Positions 34,309 to 43,336 of a DNA stretch of 64,000 nucleotides are shown here, one piece after another. Where the stretch lies: positions 110,545 through 174,544 of the forward strand of contig DATIFM010000008.1 in the NCBI GenBank assembly GCA_035455205.1, given 5' to 3'. The notes under the pieces are model-generated. The model was not told the origin of the DNA, searched no databases, and worked only from the letters and a program-made list of their open reading frames with translations. The stretch comes from Candidatus Bilamarchaeum sp. GTDB lineage: Archaea > Micrarchaeota > Micrarchaeia > Anstonellales > Bilamarchaeaceae. The position numbers and the translations under genes were made by a program. Position 1 is the first letter of the stretch; every line of letters begins with the position of its first letter.

Positions 34309-35877
34309 ATGGTCGAATATGTTGAGAAGGAACAGGGCAAGAAAGTCGATGTCTGGAAAATCAAGAAGTATGTCTGCAAGGTGAAGCCCATTGACATATT
34401 CACGGGGCGCAACATCATCGTCCTCAACAAGGCCGAGGCGCAGGAGCACGACATCTACTCGGGCTTCCGGACCGAGGTCAAAATGGGCAACAAGAGCATC
34501 ATCGCGATTGTCGACGTGAGCCAGGAGATTGTCGAGCCGGGCGAGGTCGGCGTCTTCCGCGACATGGCGAGCAGCTTCAAGATGAAGCGGGGCGAGAGCG
34601 TCGAGATTGTCCATATGGACAGGCCCGAGTCCATCGGCTACATCAAGAAGAAGCTCGACAAGGGCGTGCTCAACCAGAACGAGATAAAGACCATCGTGAA
34701 GGAAATCATGCAGGAGCGCCTGAGCGAGATAGAGACCGCGTCATGGATTACCGCGGCATACATCAACGGCTTCTCCGACGACGAAGTGATATCGCTCGCT
34801 GAGGCGACGGTGGAGTCGGGCGAGCAGCTGAACCTGGGGAAGCACCCCATACTCGACAAGCACTGCATCGGAGGGGTCGCGGGCAACCGGACCACGATGC
34901 TCATCGTGCCGATAATCGCCGCTGCCGGGCTCTATATCCCGAAGACCTCATCGCGCTCGATAACATCCGCCTCGGGCACGGCCGACACGATGGAAGTGCT
35001 CGCCAACGTCACGTTCAGCATGGACGAGATGCGTTCAATCGTCCTCAAGGCAAAGGGCGCGGTCGTCTGGGGCGGCGGGATGCGGCTCGCTCCGGTGGAC
35101 GACAAGCTCATACGGATACGCCACCCGATGAGCCTCGACCCCGAGGGCATGCTCCTTGCGAGCATCCTCGGCAAGAAGAAGAGCGTCGGGGCCGAGTGCG
35201 TCCTCATCGACATCCCGGTCGGGAGGGGAGTCAAGGTCCCTTACGTCGAGCGCGGCAACGAGCTCGCGAAGCATTTCCTGCGTGTCGGCGAGCGGCTCGG
35301 CATGAAGATAGAGGCGATAATCACGGACGGGGCGGAGCCTGTGGGGAACGGCGTCGGGCCGGGCCTCGAGTGCGTGGACGTCCTGCAGGTCCTCTCGGGG
35401 GACAACGGCCCGGACGACCTGAGGCACAAGAGCCTCATCATGGCCGGCAAGCTCCTCGAGCTTTCGGGAAAGGTCGAGAAGGGAAAGGGCTTCGCGGTGG
35501 CCGAAAACCTGATTAAGAGCGGGAAGGCGATGGCCAAGTTCAGGGAGATTATCGCTCTCCAGGGCGGGGACCCGAAGGTGAGGGTCTCGGACATCAAGAT
35601 AGGAAGCTCCACCCACACCGTGACGTCAGAGGTTTCGGGAAGCATATTCCACATCGACAACAAGATAATGTCGAAGATAGCGAGGATTGCCGGGGCCCCG
35701 AGGGACAAGGGTGCGGGCGTGCTCATCCACAGGCTCCGGGGCGACAGGGTGGAGAAGGGAGACAAGCTGTTCACGATATTCTCCGAGAGCGAGGCCAAGC
35801 TCGATTTCGCGCTGAAGGCGCTCAAGGACCTGGAGCCTATCGAGATGAGAAAAATGCTCCTCGGAACGGTGGATTAG
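34309..35877 (+). CDS. AMP phosphorylase (nucleoside monophosphate phosphorylase)
   Basis: N-terminal double-psi barrel extension, DKHCIGGVAGNRTT, PKTSSRSITSASGTADTMEVLA, SILGKKKSVG, GAPRDKGAG. Confidence 0.92.
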   Translation: MVEYVEKEQGKKVDVWKIKKYVCKVKPIDIFTGRNIIVLNKAEAQEHDIYSGFRTEVKMGNKSIIAIVDVSQEIVEPGEVGVFRDMASSFKMKRGESVEIVHMDRPESIGYIKKKLDKGVLNQNEIKTIVKEIMQERLSEIETASWITAAYINGFSDDEVISLAEATVESGEQLNLGKHPILDKHCIGGVAGNRTTMLIVPIIAAAGLYIPKTSSRSITSASGTADTMEVLANVTFSMDEMRSIVLKAKGAVVWGGGMRLAPVDDKLIRIRHPMSLDPEGMLLASILGKKKSVGAECVLIDIPVGRGVKVPYVERGNELAKHFLRVGERLGMKIEAIITDGAEPVGNGVGPGLECVDVLQVLSGDNGPDDLRHKSLIMAGKLLELSGKVEKGKGFAVAENLIKSGKAMAKFREIIALQGGDPKVRVSDIKIGSSTHTVTSEVSGSIFHIDNKIMSKIARIAGAPRDKGAGVLIHRLRGDRVEKGDKLFTIFSESEAKLDFALKALKDLEPIEMRKMLLGTVD

Positions 35878-35918
35878 GTCTTCCGATAATCGTAATTTTT
35901 CATTATTTTCTTACGTTT

Positions 35919-35937
35919 TTCGTAGAAAAAATACGAA
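35919..35937. promoter_or_regulatory. Palindromic operator TTCGTA-N7-TACGAA upstream of the aspartate kinase TATA box
   Basis: Perfect 6-bp inverted repeat with A-rich spacer, 3 nt before TTTAAA (35941); the same core occurs at 39425-39439. Confidence 0.55.
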
Positions 35938-35977
35938 ATATTTAAAAGATGTTCGCACGCGTATCTTTTGTTTTGCT

Positions 35978-37438
35978 ATGTCCAGCCTTATTGTTGCTAA
36001 ATTCGGAGGAACTTCGATGGCCACAGGGAGCAGCTTCGCCCTCGCGGCGCAGAGGGTCGCGCGCAACGACGACATGAGGATTATCGTCGTGTCCGCCCCG
36101 GGAAAGGTGAACGGCACGAACGACCCGGAGGGGCGGATGCAATCCGACGGCGTGAAAGTCACGGACAGGCTCCTTGCGATCGCAAAGAAGGCGAGGGCAA
36201 ACGAGCCCCTGGAGGAGGACATCCGCGCCCTCGAGCGCAGGTATGAAGGCATCGAGGATTCGGCAGGCATAGGCGCTGGGGAGCGGGTGAGCAGCTCAAT
36301 CCGCAATTCAGTCCTCGGGCGCGCAGCCGCCCTCGACCCTGACAGGAGGAACGATGCCGCACTTGCCGCGCTCGGCGAGGAGTTCAACGCGAGGCTGTTC
36401 GCCTCATATCTCAGGCTCAACCATATCAGGGCCAGGTATCTGGACCCGTCGGACGCGGGCTTCACCGTTTCGTGCGAAAACGGCAGGGTTTTCATCGGGG
36501 AGGAGATGTACCAGACGATACGGGGCAAAGTGCAGAGGGCGCTCGATGACGGCGAGCGCATAGTGTTCCCTGGATTCTTCGGATACGACTCCGGCGGCGC
36601 CATGAGGACGTTCCCGAGGGGCGGAAGCGACTACACGGGCTCGGTGCTCGCCGCCGCGCTCGATGCCGGGCTCTACCAGAATTTCACGGATACTGACGGA
36701 ATCCGGGTGGTCGAGCCGTCGATTGCGCAGGACGCCCCGGTAATACGAGCGATGACGCACCGGGAGCTGACCGAGCTCACCCTCGGAGGTGCCTTCGGCG
36801 TGTTCCAGTATGAGGCTGCGGTGCCCCTTGCGATAAACGGCGTGCTGACGCAGGTATTGAACACCTTCGACTTGTCCTCGAAAGGAACGTATATCCTGCC
36901 GCAGGTCGGCTCGAGCGAGAGGGAAGTGACGGGCATCGTCCACAGGGGCGAGTTCGCGGCTTTCGAAATCGTGAAATACGGGATTGCGAACGCCGTGGGG
37001 TTCTTCAGGGACCTCCTCGAGATGTTCAGCCAGATGAAAATATCCATCGAGCACGCGCCTTCATCCACGAACGACATATCGGTCATAGTGAGGAAGAGGA
37101 GCATGGAGGAGGCGGGACTCGGAAGCGGCGAAGTCGCAGAGAGGATACGCAGGGAAATGCGCCCCCACGATTTACGGGTGCATGCAATCAGCGAGGTCGC
37201 GATGGTCGGCGAGGAGCTGAGCAGGACGCGGGGCCTAGGGACGAGGATTCTTTCGGCTGTGAGCGAGGCAGGGGTCAATGTGCCCTACCACTCCCATCAG
37301 GGGATAAGCTTCATACTCTGGCTCAGGAACGGCGACGCGGAAACTGCGGCGAGGGCGATCTACAAAAGCCAGTTTGCGAACGGGCAGACGCTCCGCCTTG
37401 TCGGCGAAGGCGCCCCGGCGGAAGTCACCAGCGCTTGA
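35978..37438 (+). CDS. lysC: Aspartate kinase with C-terminal ACT domains
   Basis: IVAKFGGTSMA, IIVVSAPGK, ALGEEFNARL, FPGFFG, RGGSDYTGSVLA, FTDTDGI, ACT-like C-terminus. Confidence 0.88.
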   Translation: MSSLIVAKFGGTSMATGSSFALAAQRVARNDDMRIIVVSAPGKVNGTNDPEGRMQSDGVKVTDRLLAIAKKARANEPLEEDIRALERRYEGIEDSAGIGAGERVSSSIRNSVLGRAAALDPDRRNDAALAALGEEFNARLFASYLRLNHIRARYLDPSDAGFTVSCENGRVFIGEEMYQTIRGKVQRALDDGERIVFPGFFGYDSGGAMRTFPRGGSDYTGSVLAAALDAGLYQNFTDTDGIRVVEPSIAQDAPVIRAMTHRELTELTLGGAFGVFQYEAAVPLAINGVLTQVLNTFDLSSKGTYILPQVGSSEREVTGIVHRGEFAAFEIVKYGIANAVGFFRDLLEMFSQMKISIEHAPSSTNDISVIVRKRSMEEAGLGSGEVAERIRREMRPHDLRVHAISEVAMVGEELSRTRGLGTRILSAVSEAGVNVPYHSHQGISFILWLRNGDAETAARAIYKSQFANGQTLRLVGEGAPAEVTSA

Positions 37439-37835
37439 AAGAGATGTACGTCCTCGTGTCGGCGACTTCCTTCAGCTTCCTTATCTTGTCGATTTTCGCG
37501 TCTATGTCCTCGACCGAAGGCCCCTCCAGGATGACGCAGCCGTCGTATTCGCCGGAAATCTCGTAGGCGTCGCGGTGGGATTTCAGCTCGGAAACCGCGG
37601 CCATCATCTTCTTGGTTTCGCCCTTGGCCTTGACCATGAGGACCGCGTAATTGCTCATTCCGGAGGAGAGCTCGATAGTGAAGCGCGAAATCAGGCCGCT
37701 ATCGGCCATCCGCTTTATCCGCCAGCGCACGGCGCCCTCGGTCATCCCCAATGAGCGCGCTATCTCCACGTTGCTCGCCCTGGAGTCTGCTTTCAGCTTC
37801 TCGATAATCCTCTCGTCGGTTTCGTCGGTCTTCAT
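37425..37835 (-). CDS. Lrp/AsnC family transcriptional regulator
   Basis: DETDERIIEKLKADSRASNVEIARSLGMTEGAVRWRIKRM; YEISGEYD; C-terminal RAM domain. Confidence 0.9.
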   Translation of the reverse strand: MKTDETDERIIEKLKADSRASNVEIARSLGMTEGAVRWRIKRMADSGLISRFTIELSSGMSNYAVLMVKAKGETKKMMAAVSELKSHRDAYEISGEYDGCVILEGPSVEDIDAKIDKIRKLKEVADTRTYISFKRW

Positions 37836-37845
37836 CCAGTCACCA

Positions 37846-38301
37846 TCAGATTTCCTCTTTGGCTATCTCGAAACATGCCATAGTGAACGTCTTTGCTATC
37901 CCGGGGGTGTTCCGTATCCGGTCAAGTATGAGGGTGCCTATGTCCTCGATGCTCCTCCCGCGGACCTTGATGAGCAAATCCCACTCGCCGGAGATGATGT
38001 AAACCCCGAGCACGCCGGGGATTTTCCCGACCTGCCTCGCAGCCTCGTGCTGGTCGGTGCGTGCGGCCTGCGCATAGGAGGCGAACACGAACGAAAGCGT
38101 CGGAAGGCCGGTCTTGGAGTAATCCTGCTCTATTGTGAACCGCTTTATTACTCCGGCCTTCTTCATCCGCACAATCCGTTCGTGCACGGTTGCTCTGGGG
38201 ATGCCGAGCTGGGTGGATAGCTCGGCTATGGTCTGCCTTGCGTCTTTTCTTAGCGCGTCAATGAGGGAAAAGTCTATTTCATCCAGCTTTACGTCCTTCA
38301 C
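37846..38301 (-). CDS. Lrp/AsnC family transcriptional regulator
   Basis: GTG start; LDEIDFSLIDALRKDARQTIAELSTQLGIPRATVHERIVRM; YIISGEWDLLIKV. Confidence 0.92.
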   Translation of the reverse strand: MKDVKLDEIDFSLIDALRKDARQTIAELSTQLGIPRATVHERIVRMKKAGVIKRFTIEQDYSKTGLPTLSFVFASYAQAARTDQHEAARQVGKIPGVLGVYIISGEWDLLIKVRGRSIEDIGTLILDRIRNTPGIAKTFTMACFEIAKEEI

Positions 38302-38404
38302 ATTGGATAATATCCGGAATATCTATATAAATATGAGCTTTTTTGGGATTTTTTCCGGTATTTTCGGGTTAAAATTAATAAATAAGGAAATCGCGTGTCG
38401 TCCC

Positions 38405-39334
38405 ATGAGTGCACAAGCTACCCTCAGGCCTTTCGCTGGCGAAGCGATGCCGGGCATATCTGGAGAAATTTCACGCTTCAAGCTGCAGAGCGAAAGGGTG
38501 AGGCTCGTAGAGCCGGATTCAAGGGAATGGAGGAGCCTCGCCGTGGGAGAGCGCCTCGAAGGGATACCGTTCGTGGAGAGCATGATACGGGGAGGAAAGG
38601 CGGCCCTCGCGCTGCTTCCGGAACCAACACGGAGCTGCAGGGAAAAGGCGAAAGTCGCGGGAATCGGGATGCAGAACATAGTCAAGACATTGTGCTGCAT
38701 GGAGATGGCGAACCCCGAGGGAAGGCTGTTCCTGGTCACTTCGACTTCGGCCGGGAGGATGAACCTCACGGACATCTGCTGCCAGCACGAGGACCTTCGC
38801 TACGAGGGGCTCGTCCTTGCGGCAAAGACGCTTCCGAGCATGGCCCCGGGGACGTGCACCCCATTTGTTCCCGATACGGACGTGGCGGGAGTGGAGCGCT
38901 TCTTCGTGCAGGCGCCCGAAGGGGGCCTGGGCGACAGGATGGTGGACGTTTCAATAGGAGGCACGGACGAGATTGCGTTCCGCCTCTCGGTTTCGCTAAA
39001 GTACAGGGAGCTCGTCAGCTCCCTTTCCGACGCGTATGGGGAAAAGATGAGGCTTTTCAGCAGGGACGAGGAGCCGGATGCGATGCGCCTTCCGGGCCGG
39101 ATAGAGGAACAGCTAAGGGTCCTCAGGGGCGACCCGAGGCACCCGAAGCGCTACGCGCCGAGGCTCAAGGCGATAAAAAGGCTCGAGAGCCTCGTTGAAA
39201 GCCGCAGCCTCGGAAAGATGGAGAGGGCGCTCGTGATATCGGAGCTGCACATGACAGAGGGGGAGCCCAGAGTCGTCCAGGAGGCGGCCGCGCTCGCTTC
39301 GAGAATGGCAAAAGGGATGGAAACGGATTCGTGA
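38405..39334 (+). CDS. YbaK/ProX (aminoacyl-tRNA deacylase-like) domain protein with C-terminal helical extension
   Basis: IVKTLCC (conserved Lys-Thr-Leu), LFLV, MAPGTCTPF (cf. GxxxPF/G loop), VDVSIGG...SVSLKYRELV. Start placed at 38405. Confidence 0.6.
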   Translation: MSAQATLRPFAGEAMPGISGEISRFKLQSERVRLVEPDSREWRSLAVGERLEGIPFVESMIRGGKAALALLPEPTRSCREKAKVAGIGMQNIVKTLCCMEMANPEGRLFLVTSTSAGRMNLTDICCQHEDLRYEGLVLAAKTLPSMAPGTCTPFVPDTDVAGVERFFVQAPEGGLGDRMVDVSIGGTDEIAFRLSVSLKYRELVSSLSDAYGEKMRLFSRDEEPDAMRLPGRIEEQLRVLRGDPRHPKRYAPRLKAIKRLESLVESRSLGKMERALVISELHMTEGEPRVVQEAAALASRMAKGMETDS

Positions 39335-39422
39335 TGGGGGCAGGGGGAATACTGCCAGGCAGAAGGAGGGATGGGGAGGCGGCCCGGGCTAAAGAAGGGA
39401 GGCCGATGAACCAGTTACTATA

Positions 39423-39439
39423 TTCGTAAAAAAGTTACG
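39423..39439. promoter_or_regulatory. Palindromic operator TTCGTA-N7-TACG immediately upstream of a TATA box
   Basis: TTCGTAAAAAAGTTACG followed by TTTAAA at 39441; matches the 35919 site. Confidence 0.55.
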
Positions 39440-39497
39440 TTTTAAAACATTACACGCCAATAATACTATGACAACAGCTATTGCAAAGGGAACAGGT

Positions 39498-41067
39498 TAT
39501 GTCATACGCAGAATCAGTGCTGAAAGAGGGCGTCCGGAGGAACACCCGGAGCATAGCGGCTTTCGTCGAGAACGCGGCGTTTGCCGATAGGACGTTCAGC
39601 CCGGACTGCCTCAAGGGAAGGGCGTTCCGGGTGAGCGGGCCGATTGACGAGCCGAGGTTAGAAGCCGCAAAAGGCGACGAGAAGGTTTCGGGCCTGATAC
39701 ACATCGGGGGCGAGATGTGCAACTCCTGGACGACCAACTACGAACTGCACACATTCATAGCGGGGGCGATGCTTGCTGCGGCTGCAACTGCGCTGAGGGG
39801 AAGGTTCGGCGAGTACCGCGCTATGGAGGCCGGGCAAAGGAGGAGGCGCATCGAGTCCGACATCCACGCCCTTGACGAAGCGGCCCTTGCCGGGGCGTTC
39901 CGCAGGCCGTCATACGGCATCCTCTCGCAGTTCGTTGACGACGTCGAAGGAGACCGCTACGCAAAGGCGCACCTCTGGGGCATGGAGGAAAGGAGCTCCG
40001 CGCGCTTCGTGCACAACATAAAGAAAGGCGACATGGGAAAGCTGAACGGGCATGCCCCCACCGAGCTTTTCACAGAGGACGACATAGAGATGGCGCGCCT
40101 CGTGCTTTCGAGGGCCGATGACCTTTTCCATGCAAAGGCGGTGCAGATGCATTTCTCCATCCGCGCGTTCCTTTCCAAAATAGGGCTCGGGATGGATGGG
40201 ATTCCGCTGTATTTCAGCTCCACGCCCAACCTGCACATAGGCGCCCTCGAGGAGGGCCACCCGTTCTTTTCGGTCCTGCTTTCGGCTGCCGGGAACAGGA
40301 AGCTCTACGGGAGCCTCGTCCAGGACGACAAGCCATGGATAGTCAAGACGCCCTGCCCGAGCTGCAAAATCGAGTCGAAATACATAATCAAGGCGAGGCT
40401 CGCCGCCGACGGCAAGGCATTCAGGAGCGTGTGCCAGGACAGGGAGAGGGCGATCGTTAACGAGGTCGGCTGGGAAGGCGGGACGCTCCGGGGCTGCGGC
40501 AACGAGTGGCACGAGAGCATGCCCGAAGACGGGAAGGCGATGGCGGCGTTCCTCAAGAGGCGCGCAGTCGGCATGCACTTCCCCATCAACATGTCGCTCA
40601 TGCTCATGAGGAGCGGGATACCGGTCATAGGCTCCATGTTCGAGGACCCGGGCTGGACATACGACGGCGAGAAGCTCGTGAAAGTGCCGGACTACCCGAC
40701 AGGGGACAACCCGGACATGATAATGAGCGTCATGGCGAGCGAGCTTGCCGTAGCCTGCGGCAGGCTGGGCGGGCTTCCGGCAGATGAGATAGCAGGCGCG
40801 CTCCCATTGATGATGTCCCAGCACCCGCAGATAATGGACCCCCTCGTGAAGCAGAGGAAGAACGGGGAGGTGCTCGCTTTCGGGACGACCAACTCGAGCA
40901 TAAGCGCGCTCTACCGCCACGGGATGAGCCCGCTCGAGATATTCGACAGGACGCTCTCCCTGCAGCACTACCCGTTCGGCACCATAAGCGGGTTCAGGGG
41001 CAGGCTCGATATCCCTGCGATGATACGCGAGGCGAACGAGCGCGGTATTTATGTTCCGAGCGGGTAA
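39498..41067 (+). CDS. Class I aminoacyl-tRNA synthetase (LysRS-I-like) catalytic-domain paralog, uncharacterised
   Basis: HIGH-like VSGLIHIGG, then QFVDDVEGDR, FLSKIGL..IPLYFSS, Zn-knuckle-like PWIVKTPCPSC...VC...GCGNEW, HPQIMD; no canonical KMSKS and no anticodon-binding domain. Confidence 0.5.
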
Positions 41068-41074
41068 ATGAGGC

Positions 41075-42205
41075 ATGGATGCTGTCGATTTGCTGAGGCG
41101 GCTGGTGTCGATAAAGTCGGCCGGCCCGAACGAGCGCGAGCTTGGAGCCCACATCGAAGGGCTTCTTCGCGAGGGCGGCTTCCGCACGAAACGGCTCGAA
41201 ATTGCCCCGGGCAGGTTCAACATCCTTGCCGAGAGGGACGGGGCCGGAGCCCCCATCGGGCTCTACGGCCACATGGACAGCGTCGAGCCGGCGCAGGGCT
41301 GGAAGGCCGACCCGTATGTTCTCCGCGAGGAAGGGGACAAATTGACCGGCCTCGGGGCATGGGACATGAAGGCTGGCCTCGCCGCCATCCTGTGCGCGAC
41401 GAGGGAGGCGACCGCAAGGCCGCTCCGCATCGCGTTCGGAGTCGACGAGGAGAACATCTCCGAAGGGGCTCACGCCATCGTGGAAAGCGGGTTCTTCAGG
41501 AGCTGCCAGGTCATCGTCAGCACGGATACGGGAGGGGACGGCGGAGAGCATTTCGGCGAGAGGCAGCTCACGCTCGGCAGGCTGGGCAGGGCAGTTTATT
41601 CCTTTGACGTCCCGGGCAAGGCAGGCCATGCCGCAGGGAACGAGGGCATCAATGCGGTCGAGGAGGGCGCCAAGCTCGTGCGCGAGCTGAAGAAGATACG
41701 GCCGCCAAAGCACAGGCTGCTTCCCCCGCCGCCGGTGTTCGTAAGGTATTTCCACGCCGAAACAAGCTCCCTCTCGATGCCTGAGCGGTGCGTCATCGAG
41801 CTGGACAGGCACCTCGTGCCCCCTGAAACGGCCGAAAGCGTGCTCACCGAGCTCCGGAACGGGATACGCTGGCTCTACGAGACAGGCTTGTTCAGGGAAA
41901 TCGACGGAAAGAGGATAGAGGCGAAGCTCAAGGAAAGGAAGACGCCATATCTTGTCCCGCAGCTCACGGAGCGGAAAAATCCGGACGTGAAAAAGTTCGA
42001 GAGGATAATCTCGGCGAATTTCGGCGAGCCGAAAATCGTATACGGAAATTCGGTGGCCGACGAGAACGTCCTTGCGCTGAGCGGCGTGCCTGTGATAACA
42101 TACGGGCCCAGGGGCGGCCTCATGCACTCGGCCGAAGAGTGGGTGTCGAAAGAGAGCTGCCTCAACATCGTCAAGGGGCTGGGATCGTTCCTTCGCTCAG
42201 AATAG
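41075..42205 (+). CDS. M20/M25/M40 family metallo-amidohydrolase (ArgE/DapE-like)
   Basis: GLYGHMDSVEP, GLGAWDMKAGLA, FGVDEE, GKAGHA, GNSVADEN, YGPRGGLMHSAEEWV. Confidence 0.88.
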   Translation: MDAVDLLRRLVSIKSAGPNERELGAHIEGLLREGGFRTKRLEIAPGRFNILAERDGAGAPIGLYGHMDSVEPAQGWKADPYVLREEGDKLTGLGAWDMKAGLAAILCATREATARPLRIAFGVDEENISEGAHAIVESGFFRSCQVIVSTDTGGDGGEHFGERQLTLGRLGRAVYSFDVPGKAGHAAGNEGINAVEEGAKLVRELKKIRPPKHRLLPPPPVFVRYFHAETSSLSMPERCVIELDRHLVPPETAESVLTELRNGIRWLYETGLFREIDGKRIEAKLKERKTPYLVPQLTERKNPDVKKFERIISANFGEPKIVYGNSVADENVLALSGVPVITYGPRGGLMHSAEEWVSKESCLNIVKGLGSFLRSE

Positions 42206-42247
42206 CGCCTTCGCTCCAATTATAAATTTGACCCGGGAATTTCCCCC

Positions 42248-43303
42248 ATGAGACTACTTGCGCTCGCCATGGTCATCGGGTTATTCGTCTTCGGATGCGC
42301 CGGCACAGTGCCGCCTGCCAACAACACGACAGGGATTCCGCCCGGCTACGAGAAACCGGAATTCTGCAAGAGCGCGAGCGACTGCGTCCGCCAGCAGAGC
42401 TGCTGCGACTGCGGCCTCGGAGTTTATGTGAACAAATACCACTACAACAGCACGCCATGCACAGGGCCCGTGTGCAAGTGCGCATTGCAGCCCTCGCACG
42501 CGGACTGCGTGGACAATAAGTGCGTGGCCGTAGCCGACGTATTTCCGCCGCCTCCTGAAAATAACACGACCGGAATTCCTCCGGGGTATGAAGTGAATGA
42601 CTTCTGCAAGGCCGACAAAGACTGCGTGAGGCTTAAAAGGTGCTGCGACTGCGGAGCGGGGGTATACGTGAACATCTACCACCAGAGCGAGGTGGATTGC
42701 TCCGGGCAGCCTGCGTGCATGTGCCCCATCGAGCTTTCGCACGGCGAGTGCCAGGCCAATAAGTGCGTCGCCGTCACGGATTTTGCGCCGCCATCCGAGC
42801 CGAAGATAACCTTTACCGGCTCGCACGGGGAGTGCGGAGGCGCGGTCGCTCCCACGAGGACCGATACGGACGATGGCATGGTCATAAGGGGGGCGATTTC
42901 CGCGCCCACGCCCTGCTACAAGGTCGTCGGGACGGTCGCGAAATCGGACAGCGTCTGGAAAATGATGCTGACGACTGAAGCCGCCCCGAGCAACACGGAT
43001 TATTGCCCGACATGCACAGGGACTATTGCCTGGACTGCGAACATCACCGGGTATACCGGAACGGTGGAGGTCTATTATAACGGCAAGAAGGTTTTCCCGG
43101 ACAAGGCCGGGTTCTGCGGCACGTCGACGCAGGCCTCATGCAGCTCTGATTCGGACTGCATCACTGGCGGGTGCTCCGGGCAGGTCTGCCAGGGGAAAAA
43201 CGAGGAGCCGGTCATAACGACGTGCGAATACCGCACGTGCTACAGCGCGGCTGCCTTCGGCCTGAAGTGCGGATGCATGGCCGGAAAGTGCCAGTGGGGA
43301 TAA
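42248..43303 (+). CDS. Secreted Cys-rich lipoprotein with two tandem 80-aa Cys modules and a C-terminal eight-cysteine-cluster domain
   Basis: Lipobox FVFGC; NNTTGIPPGYE repeat at 42320 and 42560 (240 nt apart); C-terminal CSSDSDCITGGCSGQVC...TTCEY..CY...CGCMAGKCQW. Confidence 0.75.
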   Translation: MRLLALAMVIGLFVFGCAGTVPPANNTTGIPPGYEKPEFCKSASDCVRQQSCCDCGLGVYVNKYHYNSTPCTGPVCKCALQPSHADCVDNKCVAVADVFPPPPENNTTGIPPGYEVNDFCKADKDCVRLKRCCDCGAGVYVNIYHQSEVDCSGQPACMCPIELSHGECQANKCVAVTDFAPPSEPKITFTGSHGECGGAVAPTRTDTDDGMVIRGAISAPTPCYKVVGTVAKSDSVWKMMLTTEAAPSNTDYCPTCTGTIAWTANITGYTGTVEVYYNGKKVFPDKAGFCGTSTQASCSSDSDCITGGCSGQVCQGKNEEPVITTCEYRTCYSAAAFGLKCGCMAGKCQWG

Positions 43304-43336
43304 GGTTTTAAGAGGTTCTTTCCATTTTTTACTAAT

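Noticed and set aside
39337-39410. Purine-rich intergenic tract with a small GGCAG/CTGCC hairpin as a possible ncRNA or riboswitch
   Set aside because: No recognisable SRP, RNase P, C/D-box or riboswitch consensus; too short and weakly structured to support a call.
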